A DNA stretch of 64,000 nucleotides from an uncultured virus (IMG/VR IMGVR_UViG_2541047494_000006) (taxonomy: Duplodnaviria > Heunggongvirae > Uroviricota > Caudoviricetes). The notes beneath the pieces are model-generated. The model ran no database searches. It saw only the letters and a program-made list of their open reading frames with translations, and was not told the DNA's origin. Position 1 is the first letter of the stretch, and each line of letters opens with the position of its first letter. The DNA lies in the IMG/VR virus record IMGVR_UViG_2541047494_000006; one strand, 5' to 3'. The position numbers and the translations under genes were made by a program. Shown piece after piece: positions 1 to 10,551 of this stretch.

Positions 1-51
1 CATTTAAAATCCTCTCTGCTAATATTCTTACCACAATATTATTTATATTCA

Positions 52-345
52 TTATAAAATTCCTCCTACTTTTTCATTTTCATTTAATAAAATTTGATTT
101 TCTAACTCTTGTATTCTCTTTTCTTCTTCTGTTATAAAGACTGGTATTTCTTCCAAGATAGGTTGTTTAGTTTCTATGTTTATACCAATAATTCTATTTT
201 TAGTATAGTCTATACTTCCATACTCAACATCAATACAATGTAATTCAGTTATTGTATCATGTTGCAATATATCTCCTGTTGCTTCTCCTGTTTGCAAGAG
301 TATTTTGCCTGTTTGGTCACATATAATTCTATTTGCTCTGTTCAC
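52..345 (-). CDS. Small tail-fibre-associated protein (chaperone-like)
   Basis: 97-aa ORF with SD GAGGTG directly after the glycine-rich fibre gene; C-terminal coiled coil. Confidence 0.55.
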   Translation of the reverse strand: MNRANRIICDQTGKILLQTGEATGDILQHDTITELHCIDVEYGSIDYTKNRIIGINIETKQPILEEIPVFITEEEKRIQELENQILLNENEKVGGIL

Positions 346-361
346 TTTATCACCTCATTTA

Positions 362-2044
362 TTAAATAAATTTTATAGCTTGCCACTTAAAAGAAGAACC
401 TTGTCTTTGGCAAGGAAGTTGTATGCCTCTATTATCCATATAAACATCACGTTCATTTAATTTAAGAACTTCGCCTTCAACTTTAAAATCTTTTAAATAT
501 GTTTCTAAGCGGTGATAATGTGCAGTAATTACAAAATCCTGAGTGAAAATACCACGACAAGCAAAAACAAAAAATTTACGAAAATAACCGCTATCAATTA
601 ATTCAAAAGTAGTAAAAAATATATTAGGAACAAAATTAAGTCCGTTAATTTGAATGGCTCCAGGAAATAGGAATAGATAATCGCTTCCATGATAAAACCC
701 ATATTTATTAACACAACTATTAACAACACTACTACCACTAGCTACTTTATATTTAGAATTTAACTGACCTATAGTGTTATTAGCCTGTGTTAATTTGTTT
801 GTTAAATCCTCGATACTAGCATCTCCACTATCAAAACTTGCTTTAATTTTTTCTGATAATTCAACTAATGTATTATTTAAACTTGCTTCTATATTCTTTA
901 ATGCTAAAGTATTTATAATACTTGTTTTCCCAACTTTAAATCCTGCATTAACCTCAACTAATTTTGTTGATATATCATTTAAATTTACATTTTCGGGCAG
1001 TGGCATTATATTCTTACTTATACTTAAAACTTTTTCAGCAGTTGCATTATTGCTGTCTGTAACAACTATTTTAAGCGTGTGCAGTGCATTATCTTCTAAT
1101 GTATAGTTAATTGTTTTCTCTGTTGTTAAATCTGTTGTTATAGTTTCTTTTAGTACATCATCTATAAATACTTCTATCTTAGTTAATAGTGTAGGGTCTG
1201 TGTGGTCAGCTTTAAATGTTGCTTGTGTGGAGTTATAAGAGGATACGGTTAAAAAAGGTAATGCTTGTAGTAATGTTATTAGGGCATAACCATAAGCACC
1301 AGCAGTATTTCCACCAGATTCCATAACAACATTATCAAAATAATATTCAGATGTTGGTGTGTAGCCAGTAGGCTTATAACTATCTTTAGTTAATACGTAG
1401 CCACTTCCACCTCCACCTGCTCCCACACCATTCATTCCTGCACCACCAAACCAGCCACCTCCACCGCCTTCGCCAGTTGAATCTTTAGCAGAACACCCTT
1501 TTCCAAAACTTCCGTTTTCTGTGCTTACACGACCAATACCACCTTGATATTGAGTACCGCCGGGACGATGTCTGTCGTTAGCACTATACCCAGTACCTCC
1601 TGCTAATCCTCCTCCTGCACCACCAGTATAAGGAGAATATGAACCACCGCCACCACCTGCGACAATTATACGAGATAGCAAACCTTGCTCATTATCCCAA
1701 GCACCACCAACGAGCCTTATATCAGTAGCACCACCACCGTACATAGAATAATAAGTACCCATAACCTGTTGATTTAAATAACCTTTACCACCGCCATTAA
1801 AACCACTTTTAGTGTTATTACTCGTAGATGAAGAAGCAAAACCACTTTCGCCGACGTAAACATATAATGTAGTTTGTTTTTTTAATGTAATTTCACCTTT
1901 AGAATATCCGCCTTTAGCATCAGTATGCCAAGAAGAATTGTTGATACCTCCAGAAGAACCCCAGCATTCAAATTTATATTTGCCAGGTTTCAATATAACA
2001 CTTTGTGGCGAACCATTATAACCAAAATTCCATTCAGTCTGCAT
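362..2044 (-). CDS. Glycine-rich tail fibre / receptor-binding protein
   Basis: N-terminal PGKYKFECWG motif, GGGATDIRL and IIVAGGGGG glycine-rich domain, Ig-like middle, coiled coil, distinct C-terminal domain. Confidence 0.75.
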   Translation of the reverse strand: MQTEWNFGYNGSPQSVILKPGKYKFECWGSSGGINNSSWHTDAKGGYSKGEITLKKQTTLYVYVGESGFASSSTSNNTKSGFNGGGKGYLNQQVMGTYYSMYGGGATDIRLVGGAWDNEQGLLSRIIVAGGGGGSYSPYTGGAGGGLAGGTGYSANDRHRPGGTQYQGGIGRVSTENGSFGKGCSAKDSTGEGGGGGWFGGAGMNGVGAGGGGSGYVLTKDSYKPTGYTPTSEYYFDNVVMESGGNTAGAYGYALITLLQALPFLTVSSYNSTQATFKADHTDPTLLTKIEVFIDDVLKETITTDLTTEKTINYTLEDNALHTLKIVVTDSNNATAEKVLSISKNIMPLPENVNLNDISTKLVEVNAGFKVGKTSIINTLALKNIEASLNNTLVELSEKIKASFDSGDASIEDLTNKLTQANNTIGQLNSKYKVASGSSVVNSCVNKYGFYHGSDYLFLFPGAIQINGLNFVPNIFFTTFELIDSGYFRKFFVFACRGIFTQDFVITAHYHRLETYLKDFKVEGEVLKLNERDVYMDNRGIQLPCQRQGSSFKWQAIKFI

Positions 2045-2060
2045 TTTCTCACTCTCCTCT

Positions 2061-2600
2061 CTAACAATAAGTTATTAACTCATTTACACTAGTTGCAATA
2101 TTAGATAAACCACCATTTACCTTTTCTTCTAGATTAACAAATCTATCTTCGATTTTCTTAGACGAATAAGTAGTCATTTCAGATACTCTGTTATCATCTA
2201 CAGTTGCATTAATAAAATGAGTTTCTGCATTTCCATTTATCACATAAACGTTTAATTCTGACCTTGTTTCACTTCTAATTTCTATAGAATTATCATCTAT
2301 AATTTTAAAATTTGTAACTACATTTTCTTTTGTAGTAGCATCTATAATATTTACAACTATTCTCTGTGTTAACAAACCATGTGTTACAGTTGCTTTAAAT
2401 CCATTTTCTGTATCATCCACCCAATCATCAATTGTTATTGTTTGAGTAGATGCCACATTTGAACCACCTGCGATAAGTTGGTCAATTTTAGTATTCAACT
2501 CTGTTTTAGCAGTTTCTATATTTGTATTAACTTTTTCTATTTCTGTATTAGTGTTATTAGGTACATTTTTTAATTTTTTTACTACATCTTCATTTAACAA
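2061..2600 (-). CDS. Tail fibre connector / baseplate attachment protein
   Basis: Shares VxHxLxTxxIxVxIxD and TYSSxKI motifs with the C-terminal half of the 8305..10383 protein; TTG start. Confidence 0.55.
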   Translation of the reverse strand: MLNEDVVKKLKNVPNNTNTEIEKVNTNIETAKTELNTKIDQLIAGGSNVASTQTITIDDWVDDTENGFKATVTHGLLTQRIVVNIIDATTKENVVTNFKIIDDNSIEIRSETRSELNVYVINGNAETHFINATVDDNRVSEMTTYSSKKIEDRFVNLEEKVNGGLSNIATSVNELITYC

Positions 2601-2679
2601 TTTATCACCTTCTTTTTTATTTAGAGAGCTACATTAGTAACTCTCTATTTTGAACATAAAAAAAAGAACTCTTACAGTT

Positions 2680-3003
2680 CTATGATAATGAAATCTCTAG
2701 TGCTTCACACATTTTTCTTACTTCTTCTCGATATTTAACAGGTACTTGGTCAATTGTTTTTAAACCTCTCTCTATCAATCCTACATAAATTGCTGCCATA
2801 CTACTTCCTCCTTCATTTAATTTTATATTTTTTAATGACATAGTAGATGTCTGTTGACTACTTAATACCATTTCGCATATTTCAGCAGTCGCTAACATTA
2901 AATCTGTTATGTCATTATCTTGCGTTTTTTGACTTGAATCTAAATCATCTAATTCTTTTCTTTGTCTTGACTTCTCAATTTTTTCTTTATCTATTTTTAT
3001 CAT
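2680..3003 (-). CDS. XkdX/CD1375-like small tail protein (RBP chaperone)
   Basis: C-terminal MAAIYVGLIERGLKTIDQVPVKYREEV motif; lies right after the large RBP. Confidence 0.65.
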   Translation of the reverse strand: MIKIDKEKIEKSRQRKELDDLDSSQKTQDNDITDLMLATAEICEMVLSSQQTSTMSLKNIKLNEGGSSMAAIYVGLIERGLKTIDQVPVKYREEVRKMCEALEISLS

Positions 3004-3014
3004 TTAATCACCTC

Positions 3015-6000
3015 TTAAAGTGTTTCAACATCTAAATTGAATAACATAGATGGTTTTTTTATAGTTGTATTAGTGTTTCCTTCTTCTACTATTACTTTAG
3101 GTTGTGCAGATTGTATATTCATATCTTTTAACTCATATATCTCCTTATATCCATTCTCAGTTTTTCTTGTCTCTACTTTAACCATATCTTTAAATGTATC
3201 TGATTCATTTATCTTTAATTGTACTTTTAATTTATTTACTAAATGATAAATTGGATTGTTAGAATTTAAATCTTCTAACAGACCTTTATTGAGTGTAAGT
3301 ACTACATCTTGTGAATTATCAACTATACTAGATACATTATAAGTATTCCCATCGATTAATACAGTTGAATCTTTTACTATAGTTGCTCCTGTTTCTTTTT
3401 TATAAATATAAACATTTATATATAAATTATTTCCAATGTCAGAATGTGCTTTAAATACAATCTTATTTTCTCCAAGAACTAAATTCTCTGGATTAATCTC
3501 AAACGTGACTGTTCCTGTAGATAAGTCTTCTATTATACTTGAACTAATATTATTTATAAACATCTCTATTTTTGTCAATTCATTATTTGGATTTTGCAAA
3601 TCTATTTCAATAGATGAGTATGACTTATTCTTTATTTCCAAACAAGTTTTCTCTGAATCTACTTTTGAGATTATATATAATGTTTCATCTTTTATTAAAG
3701 CATCCACTATATCATTAACATCTCTTGGAATATATATTTGTGAGAAAGTATATAACATAGAACCAATCTCTACATCTTTAATTTTATATGTTTCCTTATT
3801 TATCCCTGTAACATACAAAGTCTTATCATTTTTTATAACAAATATATGTTTATCATCATAAGATTTTATATATTTTACATTTTCTAATACTTTAGTAAAT
3901 AATTTAATAATTGTATTTTTTGTATTCTCATTCAGTCCTAAAATCCCATTTATATTATATCCTTGTACGTATAATTGACCTTCTGTAGTTATAGCCAATA
4001 TATAATTACTATAAGCATATATCTCCCTTATATTAGAAATAGTTAATACTTCTTGTAACTCATTAACCTCATCATTATGCCCTATTCCAAGTTGATATTC
4101 TGAGTTTTTACCAATAGAAAACAATGAGCCATCATTTTTTAAGAAGTAAGTAAAATTATCACCACAAGCAATATCTATTATATTTGTTAAGTTAATTTTT
4201 ATAAATTCAGAAGTTGTTGTTAGCTCAGATTTATTTATAGCAAGTTCCCCAAATTGATTTGAACCACAACCATAGACATCCCCATTTTCTAATATCAAAA
4301 TTGAATGAGTTGATGATAAAGACATCTTTTTTATATTATCAAAAGGCAATGAAGTTGAGTAATTTCCAGCATTTGTGCCAAATGGTATTCTATAATTAAT
4401 ACTATCATCATTATGTAAAAATATCTTCTTATTTACTAATAGTCCATAATTATTTCTTATAATAGACATTTCATTAGAAAAACTTAAATCACTAGGATTA
4501 TCACCAGAAGTGTTTGCAATCTGATTTTCTTCATGTCCATTAAAAATACCTACTTGACCAACTACAGCATTACCTTTTCCTTCTAATTTATTATTAGTAT
4601 ATTGAACTATAAGACCATTATGCTGTGTATATACCTGTTTTACATTAAGGCAATTTCTAACAGGTGTTTTTTGTACAACATCAGAATAATTATTGATTTG
4701 ACCCAATTGTCTACTACCAAACACATATAAGGCATTATCATTATCTATATAATAAGCATTTTTACCATTTGCATATATGTGCTTTATATTACTTGTTAAT
4801 TTTTTTAATACTACAGTACCAGATTCATTAAAACCTATACCATCATCAGCATTTCCTCCAGAATATAAATCTCCATTTTCAAGTAAAACAAAAATAGTGT
4901 ATTCTCCTAGAGCAACCTCTTTTATATTACTATTAAACGCTAAATCCTTATATCCTTCAATATATCCTGATGAATTATTATATGAAGTACCAACACCTAA
5001 ACCTCCTAATGAGTTATATCCTGTGACAAATATTCTATTTTTCATTGTAATTATAGTTTTGCCTTCTTCCAACATTAAATTTGATATAGTTGATGGGTCT
5101 GTTAATCCTTCAATATTTATTTTAGTTAAACTGTTTGAATTTGTATTTGAACTTATGTAATTTCTATTTCCACAACCCATTAAAGAAATTATATTATCAT
5201 TCTCCAATAATATAATAAAAACATACCTTCCACAAAATATATCCTTTATTGTTCCAGAAATATTTACTTTAGTAAAAGTATTTCTATTAATATTATCCCC
5301 TAATCCTAATTGACCATAGCCATTTGAACCAGTTGAAAATAATTCATTGTCATAGGTTAGAATGTAAGAAGATTTGTAACATGTTATTACTTTTTTTACA
5401 TTATCAATAGGCACCTTAGTAAAAGTACCCCTATCAATATTATCTCCTAAACCTAATTGCCCTAAGTCATTTGTTCCAATTGAATAGACTTGATTATTAT
5501 TTGTAAGAATAAATAAACAATCATTCGATGGAATAAATTCTTTTATATTATCTATAGGAACTTTTATAAATTCAGACCGAGCTTTAATTGTCCCTAACTT
5601 GTTACCAGCATTATTACCACAGACATATCCTTCGCTATTATTTAATAATATATATAAAGCTTGTCTATCACTTTTAATTTCTTTTATATTTGATATGATA
5701 TATTTTTTAGAAAATTGTTTTGATATATTTACAAAACCATCATGTCTAACATCATAAGGTTTTTTTATGCCAAAACAGCCATGAGAATTTACTCCAGAAC
5801 AATATATGTTCCCAAAATAATCTTTAATTACTATCCTTAATCCACTAGCATATATTACTTGTGAATTATATGCAAAAAAAGCATTTGATAATGTGTATTT
5901 TTGACTATTAGAATAATAACTACTGTCTCCTCTTTGCCCACCTGCATTTCTACCTCTTATTTCAAATTTAGACTCCATCCTTGTTTTACTTGTTGTATAT

Positions 6001-8294
6001 AAAAGATTGTCTGTTCCAAGATAATGATTATAATAAGGCATAGAAGACGATATAAGACTTCTTAAACCTAAATTCTTGTCTTGGGATGAAGCTCCAAAAG
6101 TCGAAGGTCTTCCTGTGAATTTTATTTCTTTATATCCTCCATCACTAGCATCTAATAATAAACATAAATTATAGTTAGAAACCAGAACTTTTGATAATTT
6201 AGGTTCATCTATTAAAACTGCGACTTCATTTGCATTTGAGTTTTTACTTCCTACAAACTCTCCAAACCTTGAATAATAATCATCAGTTACAGAATTTTTA
6301 ATACTTGTGCTATAATAATTATGTCTCCCAGAAACATAGTAGTTATTAGACGTAGTTCTAATTAAACATCCATTATTAAAAGGAATAATTTCAGCAATGT
6401 TAGATACATCTGATACTGTTGTATCTGTTTTATATCTTGAATATCTCATCTTAACAAAAACGCTCCTACTTGAGGTATCATTAAGACTTAATTCGCCAAA
6501 AACATTATATCCTGCTGCATAAGATATTCTGCTATTGTCTATGCAATATGAAGAATTTGAATATGCAATAATTTCATTTACATAAGTTACAGTACTTACT
6601 TTAGTAAAAATATTTCTATTAGTAGTGTCATTAAGTCCTAACTGCCCATAATTGTTTAAACCAGTTGAAAATAATTCATTAGTAGTTGTTTTTAATAACG
6701 CATGGTTATCTCCTACAGAAATTTTGTCAACAGAAGAAATATTTACTTTAGTAAAAGTATTTCTATTAATATTATCCCCTAATCCTAACACTCCAAATAC
6801 ATTATATCCTGTTGAATATAATGTATTATCACTTAGTAATATAAACGTGAAATATGAGTCTAGATTTAAATATATATCTTTTATAGTAACTCCTTCTTCT
6901 AATTCCAATGGCACTCTAGTAAACTCATAACAATGACGATTATGACCTAAACCTAAACCTCCATAAGCGTTGTATCCTGCTGCGTATAGTTCATTACCAT
7001 TCACAACAATAAATGTAGAGGTGTCATTTGCTTTCACTAAAGAGATATTCACAAAATTATTTTCAAGCCCTATATCTAAAACTCTTTCATCATTTTTATT
7101 TATTAATAATCTATTATCAATAGACTCAATATGATTACATTCTTCAATATCAAAGTCCTCAAATTTTTCAAATCCATATATAAATTTATCATATCTTTTT
7201 AAATAAGAAAAACTATAACTGTTATCTCCTGTCATATACAATTCATTGTTGCTAGTTAATATAAAGCTTATAGCATGAGCACATTTAATTTTACTTATAT
7301 TTTTAATACTAATAGAAGATTTTCTAGGAGTATATGTTGATCTATCACAATTTATTTTATCTCCTAAACGCCCATCTGGGTTGGCTCCAGTTACATATAT
7401 ATCATTATTATTAGCTATATAAAATTTATGATATCTACCACTTTCTATATTTTTTACATTAGATATAGATAGTTTTGTTAAGACTGTTACTGTAGCTCCT
7501 CCACCAACACCAACTTGCCCATTTGAATTATCTCCACAACCATAGACATCCCCATTTTCTAAAAGAAAATTTACAGCACCTTGAGCAGTAGAAATCTTTA
7601 TTACATTATCTAAATTTACTTTAGTAAAAATATTTCTATTAGTAGTGTCATTAAGTCCTAACTGCCCATAGGAATTTGTACCTGTTGAATAGACTTCATT
7701 ATTTAAAGTTAATATATATGAACAACTGACTCCTGCAAATATTTCTTTAACACTCAAATTATCAATTTTAGTAAATGTATTTACAGTAGATGTATTTCCT
7801 AAGCCTATCCCTCCAAATTTATTATTACCACATACATAAAGCTCGTTGTCATTTGTAACTAACATAGAATAGCCATTCCCACAAGCAATTTGTTTTACAT
7901 TACTTATATTTATCTTAGTAAAAGTATTTCTATCAATATTATCTCCCAAACCTAACTCCCCATCTGTGTTTAAGCCAGTAGAATACACATCTCCGTTATT
8001 TTTAAGTAAAAGAGAATGAGTTCCAGAAGATGAAACATACTTAACATTGTCAATATCTATTTTTGAAAAATATCTTATAGGTGATACTTTATTTCCAAGT
8101 CCTAAATTGCCAAAAACATTATATCCTGCTGCATATAACTTTAAATCATCCTTAATTATAAACACAGAACCAGAATCCATATCTGTAAATATATCTTTAA
8201 CATTAAAAGTATCAAAATTTTTATTAAACTCTTCTATTTTAAATTCTTTGTTTCCAAATAAAGAACCTCTTTGTAATAGTTTATTCTTTTTCAT
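3015..8294 (-). CDS. RCC1-repeat (beta-propeller) receptor-binding protein, 1759 aa
   Basis: Many GxNxxGQLGLG...FTK RCC1 blades; located in the baseplate module. Confidence 0.85.
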   Translation of the reverse strand: MKKNKLLQRGSLFGNKEFKIEEFNKNFDTFNVKDIFTDMDSGSVFIIKDDLKLYAAGYNVFGNLGLGNKVSPIRYFSKIDIDNVKYVSSSGTHSLLLKNNGDVYSTGLNTDGELGLGDNIDRNTFTKINISNVKQIACGNGYSMLVTNDNELYVCGNNKFGGIGLGNTSTVNTFTKIDNLSVKEIFAGVSCSYILTLNNEVYSTGTNSYGQLGLNDTTNRNIFTKVNLDNVIKISTAQGAVNFLLENGDVYGCGDNSNGQVGVGGGATVTVLTKLSISNVKNIESGRYHKFYIANNNDIYVTGANPDGRLGDKINCDRSTYTPRKSSISIKNISKIKCAHAISFILTSNNELYMTGDNSYSFSYLKRYDKFIYGFEKFEDFDIEECNHIESIDNRLLINKNDERVLDIGLENNFVNISLVKANDTSTFIVVNGNELYAAGYNAYGGLGLGHNRHCYEFTRVPLELEEGVTIKDIYLNLDSYFTFILLSDNTLYSTGYNVFGVLGLGDNINRNTFTKVNISSVDKISVGDNHALLKTTTNELFSTGLNNYGQLGLNDTTNRNIFTKVSTVTYVNEIIAYSNSSYCIDNSRISYAAGYNVFGELSLNDTSSRSVFVKMRYSRYKTDTTVSDVSNIAEIIPFNNGCLIRTTSNNYYVSGRHNYYSTSIKNSVTDDYYSRFGEFVGSKNSNANEVAVLIDEPKLSKVLVSNYNLCLLLDASDGGYKEIKFTGRPSTFGASSQDKNLGLRSLISSSMPYYNHYLGTDNLLYTTSKTRMESKFEIRGRNAGGQRGDSSYYSNSQKYTLSNAFFAYNSQVIYASGLRIVIKDYFGNIYCSGVNSHGCFGIKKPYDVRHDGFVNISKQFSKKYIISNIKEIKSDRQALYILLNNSEGYVCGNNAGNKLGTIKARSEFIKVPIDNIKEFIPSNDCLFILTNNNQVYSIGTNDLGQLGLGDNIDRGTFTKVPIDNVKKVITCYKSSYILTYDNELFSTGSNGYGQLGLGDNINRNTFTKVNISGTIKDIFCGRYVFIILLENDNIISLMGCGNRNYISSNTNSNSLTKINIEGLTDPSTISNLMLEEGKTIITMKNRIFVTGYNSLGGLGVGTSYNNSSGYIEGYKDLAFNSNIKEVALGEYTIFVLLENGDLYSGGNADDGIGFNESGTVVLKKLTSNIKHIYANGKNAYYIDNDNALYVFGSRQLGQINNYSDVVQKTPVRNCLNVKQVYTQHNGLIVQYTNNKLEGKGNAVVGQVGIFNGHEENQIANTSGDNPSDLSFSNEMSIIRNNYGLLVNKKIFLHNDDSINYRIPFGTNAGNYSTSLPFDNIKKMSLSSTHSILILENGDVYGCGSNQFGELAINKSELTTTSEFIKINLTNIIDIACGDNFTYFLKNDGSLFSIGKNSEYQLGIGHNDEVNELQEVLTISNIREIYAYSNYILAITTEGQLYVQGYNINGILGLNENTKNTIIKLFTKVLENVKYIKSYDDKHIFVIKNDKTLYVTGINKETYKIKDVEIGSMLYTFSQIYIPRDVNDIVDALIKDETLYIISKVDSEKTCLEIKNKSYSSIEIDLQNPNNELTKIEMFINNISSSIIEDLSTGTVTFEINPENLVLGENKIVFKAHSDIGNNLYINVYIYKKETGATIVKDSTVLIDGNTYNVSSIVDNSQDVVLTLNKGLLEDLNSNNPIYHLVNKLKVQLKINESDTFKDMVKVETRKTENGYKEIYELKDMNIQSAQPKVIVEEGNTNTTIKKPSMLFNLDVETL

Positions 8295-8304
8295 ATAATT
8301 CCCC

Positions 8305-10383
8305 CTATCTCACTTCGTAGGAATACTTGTTTATTTTTATTTCAGTATCACCTTTTTGATAAGATTCTTCTGTTTTAGTTTCACTATAGTTGCTTCCTAA
8401 ATCATGAATATATCTTATTTTGTTGCATAAAAAAGGAACTGTTACATTTTTAAATAATACAGTTCCACTATTTGAAAGTAACTCTAATTGTTGCTTAAAT
8501 TTATTAAGCTTTAAACCATCTAAATTACTTATGTTTTTAGAATCATATAGGGTATCATACCAATACCCAGCTTCATCTGCTGTAGCTTCCTTATCTAATT
8601 CTAATTCAAATAGAATTTTAAGTATTTCCACAGACATTTTATTATAATTTTCTTTTAATATTTTCAATTGCTCGTTTGTATTTCCACCAGATTCAAGAAC
8701 TTTAACACTAGCATCTAATTCATTTACCGCATCTGATATATTTTTAGATACTGTACTTAATTCACTCGAACCAACTTTACTTTGTATTAGATTTATTTTC
8801 TCTAAGTTAGTAGCTATATTACTTTTATTTTCATTTATCTTAGTTAGACTCTCATCAAATTTTGCATCAATTTTAATACTAGAGTAAGTACTATCTAGTG
8901 TTGTTATATTATCATTTATTGTAGCTTGTATAACTTCTTTATTTGTATTACCATTTACAACAGTTACTTTTACATCTATGTTACTTTCATTAAATATTTC
9001 TATCGTATTAGAATCTACTGTAGTATAAGAATTAGTCATACTTTTCTTAGTTGCTTCATCTAATATTGCTACAAATATATTTTCTGTAACTAAATTATGA
9101 TTAACTATAAGTTTAAAATATTCTCCATCAGCAACCCAATCCGATTCAACATAAGATTTACTAAAAGCTACATTAGTTGCAGCAGAAGTCATTTCTGCTA
9201 TTTTCTCGTTAACTTTCTCAAAGTCATATGTTAATCTATCCTTTAAAGTATCCTTTACAGTTCCATCAACACTTTCTCTAGCTTGTATTAATTCGCCTCT
9301 AGCATCAAGACTTTCTAATTCTTCAAACCTATTTTCAAATTCAGTTATTTTATTACTAACAGTTGTTGTCATATCAGTTTTAGCAGTATTTACTTCAACT
9401 ATTTTGTCATCTACTTCTTTTATCTTTGTATCTAATTTTGTAGTACTTTCATCAATACAATCTTCTACATTAGATATAGCTTGATTTACTTCATCAAGTT
9501 TGTAATCAATTTGCTCTTGGTTATCTGTAAGTTTATCTTCAAATGTCTTATCATACAAATCAAAAGTATTATTAGCTCTAGTGTCTAAGTCTTGAAACTT
9601 ATTGTCTGTCTGAACTTGAACATCAAGCATTTTATCATCGACTATATTATCTATTTCTTTAGACTTAGCATCTATCATTTCATCTAATTGGAGTTGGCAA
9701 TCTGTAAGTTTATCATCAACTTGAATTTGCATATTCTGAATGGATTCTTCACGATTTGCCTCTTGATTTTGACGTGTTAACTCATTAAACTCTCTTTCTT
9801 CTTCTTGTATGTTTCTTATATCTTCATTATAAATCCTAATCTGCTCTGCTTTATCCCTAACTTCTTCATTTCCAAGTATAGTTATTTCAAGCTGTTCAAC
9901 TCTTTTAGTCAACTCTTTATTATTTTTTATAATCTCTTCTGCTTGGGCTATTATTACCAATAATACTCCATATTCATCAGTTGAGGTGATATCATCATCA
10001 TTAATCATACCCTCTTCAACTCTATAATAAAGATTTGTAGTATTGAGTAAAGTTCCATCTTTCACAAGGGATAGTTGAAATGTATTTATACCAACAGAAG
10101 CAAGTGCTTGTCGGCTAAGTTCTATCTCTACAATACCATTTTCTGCATCTACAACTTCACATTCACCATTAACCTTTTGTCCATCACTTTTTGTAATGCT
10201 AACTAAAACTCTATCATATTCAGATAAATCTATTATTTCATCTTTATTTTTCAATATAGCTTCAATATAAGCTGTTTTAACATCATTTTCATTATAAATA
10301 AAATAATCTAGCAATCTTTTGTTTATTCTATAATTACTAAAGTCGACCTCTATGGTATGATTCTTTATTTCATAATTTTTCAA
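8305..10383 (-). CDS. BppU-family baseplate upper protein with long coiled coil
   Basis: N-terminal BppU-like domain (ITKSDG...DAENGIVEIEL), coiled-coil centre, fibre-attachment motifs. Confidence 0.75.
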   Translation of the reverse strand: MKNYEIKNHTIEVDFSNYRINKRLLDYFIYNENDVKTAYIEAILKNKDEIIDLSEYDRVLVSITKSDGQKVNGECEVVDAENGIVEIELSRQALASVGINTFQLSLVKDGTLLNTTNLYYRVEEGMINDDDITSTDEYGVLLVIIAQAEEIIKNNKELTKRVEQLEITILGNEEVRDKAEQIRIYNEDIRNIQEEEREFNELTRQNQEANREESIQNMQIQVDDKLTDCQLQLDEMIDAKSKEIDNIVDDKMLDVQVQTDNKFQDLDTRANNTFDLYDKTFEDKLTDNQEQIDYKLDEVNQAISNVEDCIDESTTKLDTKIKEVDDKIVEVNTAKTDMTTTVSNKITEFENRFEELESLDARGELIQARESVDGTVKDTLKDRLTYDFEKVNEKIAEMTSAATNVAFSKSYVESDWVADGEYFKLIVNHNLVTENIFVAILDEATKKSMTNSYTTVDSNTIEIFNESNIDVKVTVVNGNTNKEVIQATINDNITTLDSTYSSIKIDAKFDESLTKINENKSNIATNLEKINLIQSKVGSSELSTVSKNISDAVNELDASVKVLESGGNTNEQLKILKENYNKMSVEILKILFELELDKEATADEAGYWYDTLYDSKNISNLDGLKLNKFKQQLELLSNSGTVLFKNVTVPFLCNKIRYIHDLGSNYSETKTEESYQKGDTEIKINKYSYEVR

Positions 10384-10394
10384 AGTATCACATC

Positions 10395-10550
10395 CTATTG
10401 TTCTTTATTTTGTTCTTCTAGTTCTTTTTTCAAGTTCTCAATTTCTTCTTGTTGTTGCATGTTGAGTGCTTTATAAAGTATTAGTTCATTATATAAACTT
10501 TTTATCTCTTCAAATGCTACTGTATATGCTTTTTGTAAATTTACTTCCAT
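10395..10550 (-). CDS. Small coiled-coil protein, 51 aa (not in ORF track)
   Basis: MEVNLQKAYTVAFEEIKSLYNELILYKALNMQQQEEIENLKKELEEQNKEQ*; SD AGGAGG; fills the gap between tail genes. Confidence 0.75.
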   Translation of the reverse strand: MEVNLQKAYTVAFEEIKSLYNELILYKALNMQQQEEIENLKKELEEQNKEQ

Positions 10551-10551
10551 A

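Noticed and set aside
362..8294. Diversity-generating retroelement acting on the fibre genes
   Set aside because: No reverse transcriptase in the window; the internal repeats are exact rather than differing at adenines
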